A stretch of DNA of 63,995 nt, counting the filler, from an uncultured bacterium (GTDB taxonomy: Bacteria; DAOPZR01), in NCBI GenBank assembly GCA_964637655.1. It is 5 parts of 5 records of this genome, joined end to end, with 100 filler letters (N's around TTAATTAATTAA, not from the genome) between each part and the next. Parts side by side here need not be neighbours in the genome. Positions count along the whole stretch, not along the records: positions 52,536 to 63,995 come from CAZWUZ010000110.1; 4 more parts are not named here. One strand, given 5' to 3'. The notes beneath the pieces were generated by a model. It had not been told where the DNA came from. It ran no database searches and saw nothing but the letters and a program-made list of their open reading frames with translations. The translations under genes were made by a program, and so were the position numbers. This document shows, piece after piece, positions 58,118 through 63,995 of the stretch (its first letter is position 1; each line of letters begins with the position of its first letter).

Positions 58118-59293
58118 TCACTGGCCGCCGGGAAACGCCCGCAGCACACAGACCCACATCTCCCAGCCAAGCATCCCCGACCGGTGCCGGTACCACGCCG
58201 CAATGGTGTCTCCCGACGGATGCCAGGCCGGTGCCCCGGTGGCAACCACCCCGTCACTGCCCGCCCCCCCATTGTACCACGTCAGCCGCACTGCCGCGCC
58301 GCCATCCGCATCCATGCGGTACAGGTCGCTCGCCCCGTCACTCCCTCCCGCCGTATACTCACCGCTCACCCAGGCGATGCTCCGCCCGTCCGGCGCATAG
58401 GCCGCCGCCCCGTCGTAGGTGTCTGGCGTCGCGGTCAGCCGCACTGCCGGCGCACCGCGCCGCAGCGGCACGCGGTACAGATCGCTCCCCCGTGCGGGCA
58501 TGCTCTCCGTCGCCATGCTCACCAGCAGGTGCCGGCCGTCACGGGAAAACCCGCCCGCCTGCGCGTAGGTGCCGGGGGCGAGCAGCACCCGCTCCCCCGT
58601 CAGCCGCGCACCGCGCCGAGCCACCTGCAGCGTCGCGACACACACCTCCCACTCGCCCAGTTCCTTCCCGGTCACCCCCGGTTGCGGCGGCTGCACCATG
58701 CGGCTCCACGCCACGATCCGCCCGTCGCGTGCCACCGCCGGCTTGCGCAGCACCCCGCCCGCCGGGGTTGCAGCCAGCCGGGCAAACATGCTCCCGTCCG
58801 TGCGCATCACCCATAAATCGTGCGCCGCGCCGTGCTGCGGCAGCGTCGTTGGCCCGTGATCGCCATGCCGGTTTTCCGCCGTAAACAGCAGCAGGGTGCC
58901 CGACGGCAGCGGCTGCACGTTCCCCTTGTGCCGGCCGCGCAATTCCGCCGGCGTGCTGTCTGGCAGCGTCAGGCAGCGCGAATCGCCGTCGGGAAAGAGC
59001 AGAAAGAGTTCCTGCGTCCCCAGCCGGTTGCGGCTGCAGACCAGCGTTCTGCCATCAGGCAGCCAGACCGGCTGCGCCCCGGGGCCGCGCACCTGCGGCT
59101 CAGGCGGCAGTGCTTCCGCTGTTGGCGGACCGGTATCCGTCACGGTCTCGATCGCTGCGGGACGGGGACCCGCGCCACTCCCCGCGCTCAGCAACACCCA
59201 GACCGCCGTCATCCCCGCCGCCAGCAGCGCGAACAGGCCCGCGAGCACCAGCAGGCGGCGGCCGATGGCCGCCGCAACACCAGCCCCGTCCAT
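58118..59293 (-). CDS. TolB-like PD40 beta-propeller protein with N-terminal TM
   Basis: W.PDG, FSRDG, YAPDG and WHPSG repeats; DLWVMRTDGS, DLYRMDADGG. Confidence 0.8.
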   Translation of the reverse strand: MDGAGVAAAIGRRLLVLAGLFALLAAGMTAVWVLLSAGSGAGPRPAAIETVTDTGPPTAEALPPEPQVRGPGAQPVWLPDGRTLVCSRNRLGTQELFLLFPDGDSRCLTLPDSTPAELRGRHKGNVQPLPSGTLLLFTAENRHGDHGPTTLPQHGAAHDLWVMRTDGSMFARLAATPAGGVLRKPAVARDGRIVAWSRMVQPPQPGVTGKELGEWEVCVATLQVARRGARLTGERVLLAPGTYAQAGGFSRDGRHLLVSMATESMPARGSDLYRVPLRRGAPAVRLTATPDTYDGAAAYAPDGRSIAWVSGEYTAGGSDGASDLYRMDADGGAAVRLTWYNGGAGSDGVVATGAPAWHPSGDTIAAWYRHRSGMLGWEMWVCVLRAFPGGQ

Positions 59294-59294
59294 G

Positions 59295-59564
59295 TCAACC
59301 GAAACGGTAGTACTTGCGCACCGGCTTGAGCACCCGCCAGATGCACTGCAACCCCTGCGGGAAGACCGCAAGATCACCGGGCGACAGCCGGTAGGTCCGC
59401 CCCTCCGTCTCCACCTCGACCTCACCCTCGATGATGAAACAGGTTTCCTTCTCGTCGTACTCCCACGGAAAGGTGCTCTTGCTGCAGCCCCATTCACCCC
59501 ACGATGTGATACCGAGCTGCTCCTGCTCCGCCGTGTCGGGACGCGAGATATGCACTTTGGCCAT
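59295..59564 (-). CDS. Cupin_3 (DUF861) protein
   Basis: W.C..STFPWEY.EKETC.IIEG.V, GDL.VFP.GL.C.W.V..PVRKYY. Confidence 0.92.
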   Translation of the reverse strand: MAKVHISRPDTAEQEQLGITSWGEWGCSKSTFPWEYDEKETCFIIEGEVEVETEGRTYRLSPGDLAVFPQGLQCIWRVLKPVRKYYRFG

Positions 59565-59698
59565 GGTCCGCCTCCTTGCCGCCGCCGATGGTAGCGCACG
59601 CCTGCCGCGCTGTCAACGATGGCCGGCCGATTGACGCTGCCGGCAGGCGATGCTACAGTACTACGGTTCACCCGACAACCATCCTGGAGGAGGAAATC

Positions 59699-60877
59699 AT
59701 GTTCAGAAGCGTATTGGCGGTGGCCGTAATGCTGATGCTGGTCTCGGGAGCGTTTGCCTACGCCCCGGGCGAAACCGTGGTACGCGAGATCTACTTCGAT
59801 CTCGACAAGGCGGATATTCGCGGCGATGCCATCCCCACCCTGCAGGAAGTGGCAAAAATCATGCGCGCGTTCCCCGAACTGGGCATCGTGCTTGAAGGGT
59901 ACACCTGCGACCTGGCGACCAACGCCTACAATCAGCGCCTCGCGCGGCGCCGCGCCGACAACGCGCTGGCCTACCTCGTGCGGCAGGAAAACATCGCCCG
60001 CGCCCGCGTGCTCGACCGCAGTTATGGCGAGGAACGCCCGGGCTACCCGAACGATACCGAGGAGAACCGCCGCAAGAACCGCCGCGTGCTCATCACCCTG
60101 ACCGTCCCCGCGCCGGTCATCCGCAGCGTCGATGCCGTGGTGGTCGACGGGCGCAACAACTTCCTCGCCAACCTCCCCGACAATAACTTCACGGTTACCG
60201 TCAATGGTGAACCCAAAAAAGTCGTCCGCGTCACCCAGCGGGTGCAGCGCGACGCCGCCTCGCTCGGCATGGTACTCGACAACAGCGGCAGCATCGCCGG
60301 GGGGGAACTGCGTGACGCCGCGCGCGGCTTCATCGGCGAACGCGGCGAAGGCGACCGCCTCATTCTCATGTCGTTCAACGAGGATATCCGCCTGCTCGAC
60401 GAACTGACCCATGACCGCAGCGGGCAGTACACGCTGGTCAACGGCACGCTCTGCGAGGGCTTCACCCGCTTCAATGACGGGCTGCATGCCGCGGTCACCA
60501 GCCGCCTCGCCGGCCAGCCGGCACCGCGTTACCTCGTCCTCTTCAGCGACGGGGTCGACGAAGGACGTCCGGGCCAGGCCCGCGGCAGCGAACTCACGCT
60601 CGAACCGGTCATCGCCGCTGCAAAGCAGGCGGCGGTCAAAATCCTCGCCGTCGAACTCGGTACCATCCGCCCCGAAGGCACCGCGGTGCTCAAGCGCCTC
60701 GCGGCCGAAACGGGCGGCGCCTACATGACATGGGACGAGGCGGCCAGCAGCGCGCAGTTCCGCGAACTGCTCAATGCCATGGGGAGCGTGCGCGGCAGCT
60801 ACACCGTCGAGTACGAGGTGCTGCCGTCAGTGACGGGCAGCGCCGTCGTCGGCAGCGCCGCCGGCCGCGTCCGCTAA
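59699..60877 (+). CDS. Secreted OmpA-like peptidoglycan-binding + VWA domain protein
   Basis: Signal peptide; IYFDLDK, EGYTC, YNQRLARRRA, KNRRV; LDNSGS MIDAS, FSDGVD. Confidence 0.88.
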   Translation: MFRSVLAVAVMLMLVSGAFAYAPGETVVREIYFDLDKADIRGDAIPTLQEVAKIMRAFPELGIVLEGYTCDLATNAYNQRLARRRADNALAYLVRQENIARARVLDRSYGEERPGYPNDTEENRRKNRRVLITLTVPAPVIRSVDAVVVDGRNNFLANLPDNNFTVTVNGEPKKVVRVTQRVQRDAASLGMVLDNSGSIAGGELRDAARGFIGERGEGDRLILMSFNEDIRLLDELTHDRSGQYTLVNGTLCEGFTRFNDGLHAAVTSRLAGQPAPRYLVLFSDGVDEGRPGQARGSELTLEPVIAAAKQAAVKILAVELGTIRPEGTAVLKRLAAETGGAYMTWDEAASSAQFRELLNAMGSVRGSYTVEYEVLPSVTGSAVVGSAAGRVR

Positions 60878-60897
60878 GTTTTCCGCAGGTTCACACC

Positions 60898-60929
60898 GCA
60901 CCGCGCCGGAAACGGCGCGGTGCTTTTTT
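60898..60929 (+). terminator. Intrinsic terminator
   Basis: GCACCGCGCCG-GAAA-CGGCGCGGTGC followed by TTTTTT. Confidence 0.9.
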
Positions 60930-60940
60930 ATTGCTTATTT

Positions 60941-61370
60941 GGAACTATTCAGCCACCCCCGCATCTGGCAGAGCGACCCGGTGGGCCACCCTTCCCTCTC
61001 CCGCCGCGGCGGGAGAGGGTGGTTGCCTTCCCCCTCTCTGAGGGGGAAGGTTGGATGAGGGTGAATAGATCCTTTTTTCCTGCACTGCAGTTAACCACGC
61101 AGCACGCGGAGAACACGGAGCGCCTGTGTTTGTTCCGCTGTGCAGCTGTCATTCCTTGCCTGCCAGCAACTGTTCAGCCAGTACTTTCCCCTCTCCCCGG
61201 GGGAGAGGGCGACGCGCAGCGTCGGGTGAGGGGTTGCTTCCCTCCCCTGCCTTTTTGTTGTCCGCCGCCGACGAACTTCATCTCCCCTTGTGTATTTCTC
61301 CGTGTGCTCCGTGTGCCCCGTGGTTATACATCCTGCTGTTCTCTGCGTGCTCTGTGTGCTCTGCGGTGAA
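60941..61370. repeat. Composite repeat region: two CCCTCTCCC-family elements and three 9-nt-periodic units, partly nested
   Basis: 60941-61072 and 61166-61240 resemble 48110-48216 and 1-123; 9-nt units at 61091 (forward), 61297 and 61340 (reverse). Confidence 0.8.
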
Positions 61371-61376
61371 GAATTT

Positions 61377-63425
61377 TCAGCGCGGGCGCGCAAAGACAAT
61401 GCGGTTGCCCGTGCGTCGTCCCACCAGGCGTGCCGCGCCCGTATCCGTCGTCACCGTCAGGGTATTCGTCGCCGCATCGTAGCGCCGCTCCTGCACCCCT
61501 GCTGCCGTCACTGTCCGTTCCGACCACGAGGCGCGCGCCGTCACCCGTGCCGCCGTGTCGGTGCGTACCTGCGCGGGCATGCTGCGCACCACCAGCGGCG
61601 GCGCCGGTAGCGGAGTCACCACGCGCGGTGGCGCGGTTGCCGCCGGCTGACGTGCCGGCGTCGGGCGCGCGCCGCTCCGCGGCTGCACGCGGATGCGGAA
61701 TTCGTCCGCCCCGAGATTGATCCCCCCGCCGATGCTGATAATGTGCGCGCTGTAAAAACCGCCTGCCGGTTGTGTTTCCCCGCCCGCCCGCGCCGAGCGC
61801 AGCGTCATCTCCCGCGCCCGCTGCCGCGCCGCCAGCATGACAAACTCCTGCAAGGCCTGCGTCGTGGCGATATGCTGCCGTGCCGGTTCGTCGCCGCGCT
61901 CCGGCCAGAACGTCCGTGCCGGGTCGTCGAGCAGCGGGGTCAGGTAATCCGCCACCAGGTGCGTCGCGGCATACGCGCTGTCGGGCGCCGCGTGGCGCGG
62001 TACCGCCAGCCAGTTGGCCGCCAGCAGTTGCGGCTTATCGCGCGGCGTGCGGTGCGCCGGCAGCTCCACCGCCAGCAACGCGTCGAGGTCCAGTTCACGC
62101 CCCGGGCGCCGCGTGAGCCAGCTGCACAGCCCCAGCAGGCGCGCCGCGCTGCGCAGTTCGCGCAGGTCGGAGCAGGCGGCCGCGTAGCGGTCGTAGTGGC
62201 GGTTGAGGTCGTCGATGCAGCCGCGGATGCCGGGCGACAGTTTTGTCCGCTCACGCGCGAACGCCGCCGCGTCGGTAAAATCGCCGCGCTGCCGTTCCGC
62301 GTCCGCGGTAAAGCGTGCGCTGGTGATGCGCATCGTACGCCAGTCCGCATCCGTTGCCAGTTCCACCGACTCGGGGTAGAACCAGAACCGCGTGCCGATC
62401 CAGTTGCCCTCCGTCACTGCCTGCACCAGCAGGTCGCGCTCCGCCGAGGTGAGAAAGCCGGGATGCGCCGCGCGCAGCGCTGCGCGCTCGTCAGTGAACG
62501 TGCTGGCGTCGAGTCCCGTGCCGATCATCTTGAAACGCTTGTCCGCCTCGAGCACCGTGCTCCCCAGGCGCGTGTCCTCGAGCCGCCCGCCGAAACTCAC
62601 CGTCGCCCGCGTCGGGTCGCGATGCGGGTCGAGCGAGATGAACGCCGCGTTGTCACCGGCATGCGCTGCCGCGCGCCACGCCACCGCCAGATCTGCCAGC
62701 GTCACCGGCTGCTCCTGCAGTGTCATCCGCGTCCCCGCTTCGCCCAGCAGCGTCAGCCCGTCCCGCCCGGCGGTTGCCCCCGTCAGCACCGCGCCGCTGC
62801 GGAAGAATGCGTCGAGCGCCGCCAGGTCAGGCGGGGTGGTGTTCGCCGGCGCCGGGAACATCGCGGCGCGGAAGGTATAGGGCCGCTCTACCAGGTCGAA
62901 TTCGCTGCGCGCGTAATCGTGACGATAGGCGTAGACCCGCACGCTGAGCGTGCTATCGCCTGCCGTCGCTGCGCGTCCCGCCGCCAGCGAGGCAAGCGCA
63001 TGCCGCACGATACCGTACTGCTCGCGATAGGCAGTGCGTGGCGCATTGCCCGGCAGGAAGAGCCGCACCTTTCCCGCGCCGTCGCTCTCAATGACCAGTT
63101 TCCCGTCGCGGCAGAGTGCCGCCCACGCGGGCTGCGCGTTCCCTTCCGGGAAAAGTTCTGCGATATCACGATAGGGTTGTGCCGGCGCGCCTTCGAGCAT
63201 GTCGACCGCCTGCGCCAGCAGTGTGGTGTGGGGATCGAGGAATGGCTGCACGGTGCCGCGCGGCAGCGGGCGCTGGCGCAGGGCGCTGCCGAGCGTCTCG
63301 CCCGTGCGCACCAGCTGCGTTTCGTCGATCAGGTCGCGGTAGCTTACCGCCACCCCGGCAACAGCCGGAGCACACCATGCGACCAGGAGCAGTACCGGCA
63401 GCAGGCTCCGCCGGAAGGTCGTCAT
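61377..63425 (-). CDS. Secreted hypothetical protein, DUF1598-like
   Basis: Signal peptide; LADLAVAWRA, ISLDP, LEADKRFKMIGTG, RFWFYP, YD......DLRELR. Confidence 0.6.
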   Translation of the reverse strand: MTTFRRSLLPVLLLVAWCAPAVAGVAVSYRDLIDETQLVRTGETLGSALRQRPLPRGTVQPFLDPHTTLLAQAVDMLEGAPAQPYRDIAELFPEGNAQPAWAALCRDGKLVIESDGAGKVRLFLPGNAPRTAYREQYGIVRHALASLAAGRAATAGDSTLSVRVYAYRHDYARSEFDLVERPYTFRAAMFPAPANTTPPDLAALDAFFRSGAVLTGATAGRDGLTLLGEAGTRMTLQEQPVTLADLAVAWRAAAHAGDNAAFISLDPHRDPTRATVSFGGRLEDTRLGSTVLEADKRFKMIGTGLDASTFTDERAALRAAHPGFLTSAERDLLVQAVTEGNWIGTRFWFYPESVELATDADWRTMRITSARFTADAERQRGDFTDAAAFARERTKLSPGIRGCIDDLNRHYDRYAAACSDLRELRSAARLLGLCSWLTRRPGRELDLDALLAVELPAHRTPRDKPQLLAANWLAVPRHAAPDSAYAATHLVADYLTPLLDDPARTFWPERGDEPARQHIATTQALQEFVMLAARQRAREMTLRSARAGGETQPAGGFYSAHIISIGGGINLGADEFRIRVQPRSGARPTPARQPAATAPPRVVTPLPAPPLVVRSMPAQVRTDTAARVTARASWSERTVTAAGVQERRYDAATNTLTVTTDTGAARLVGRRTGNRIVFARPR

Positions 63426-63433
63426 ACGTCTGG

Positions 63434-63662
63434 TTAGTCCTGTTCGAATACTGTGCGGGGAATTCCTGATTGCCTGATAATGGCGGCGAGGGTGCCGCTC
63501 CGCAATTCCTTGTGCAAGGGAACCGGTACGGTCAACTGTTCCTGCCGGTTGCAGTTGTTTCTGCATCACCATATTGCTGCCGCGCTGCCGGAGACGGATA
63601 AACCCGTGTTGCTCGAGTATCCGGCAAACCTGTTCACCCGAAAGGACTAAGCGCTTAGCCAT
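63434..63662 (-). pseudogene. hicA: HicA toxin, frameshifted and with catalytic His replaced by Asn
   Basis: N-half ..ILEQHGF..RQRGSN; C-half TVPVPLHKELRSGTLAAIIRQSGI is in another frame; total length 229 nt (3n+1). Confidence 0.8.
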
Positions 63663-63876
63663 TGGCGGCGAACTGGGTCACATACACCTCATCGTGCCGC
63701 CGGCGGGAGATTTCCTCGGGCGAAGCGGTCTCGAGAAACAGTTCAACCGCTTCCCGCAGGTTGGCGATTGCTTCTTCCACGCTCCCGCCCTGGCTGGCAA
63801 TGTCAAATTCAGGGCACAAGGCAACGAATCCGTCCTCCTCACGCTCGACAACTGCCGTATACCGGTTGGTCGCCAT
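63655..63876 (-). CDS. hicB: HicB family antitoxin
   Basis: YTAVVEREEDGFVALCPE.DIASQG.SVEEA.ANLREAVELFLE; GGAGG RBS. Confidence 0.92.
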   Translation of the reverse strand: MATNRYTAVVEREEDGFVALCPEFDIASQGGSVEEAIANLREAVELFLETASPEEISRRRHDEVYVTQFAANG

Positions 63877-63995
63877 AGAACCTCCGTCGCCGGTCACATT
63901 CTATCACGCACCCCGCACACCGTCAACGTTGCCATCGTATCCGCAGCGATTCCGCATCTGGGTATAATTGCCAACGCCAGGTTTCACCCGCAGGT

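Noticed and set aside
58118..60487. 789-aa ORF as a single gene
   Set aside because: Its N-terminal part is the shadow of the OmpA-VWA gene and an alternative frame of the cupin gene; only the PD40 part from 59293 is credible.

Overview
A high-GC bacterial draft-genome window made of five unrelated contig pieces (1-13100, 13201-26222, 26323-39330, 39431-52435, 52536-63995). They are joined by artificial N-run/TTAATTAATTAA linkers, so synteny across the joins is meaningless. Gene content suggests a diderm, probably anaerobic bacterium (Rnf operon, OmpA, PorV-like barrel, FlgD-type cargo, GspK-like protein). Housekeeping genes include glgB, moaC, a MOSC-Mog fusion, uvrB, nadC, birA, coaX, acpS, murJ, rnfCDGEAB, mtnA, cheV, tRNA-Arg(UCG) and a partial tRNA-Pro(UGG). 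There are also surface-glycosylation genes and two B12-type radical SAM enzymes. Four things stand out. (1) A type III restriction-modification locus is interrupted by a self-contained unit: strong promoter, ~75-nt three-hairpin structured RNA, intact NYN/PIN ribonuclease; this is a candidate RNA-antitoxin or RNA-regulated defence module. (2) A low-GC island edge is marked by a displaced tmRNA-like 3' end and carries an integron-type gene cassette between two attC-like sites. (3) A candidate small RNA with a CCCUCCC loop lies antisense to the Shine-Dalgarno of a putative leader ORF coupled to an S1/P1-type nuclease gene. (4) A PorV-like barrel fused to a transglutaminase-like domain is co-transcribed with a FlgD-tailed beta-propeller protein. 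Two dispersed repeat/MITE-like families and a palindromic insertion inside birA are also present. No CRISPR array was found. All calls come from reading the sequence by eye; no database searches were run.
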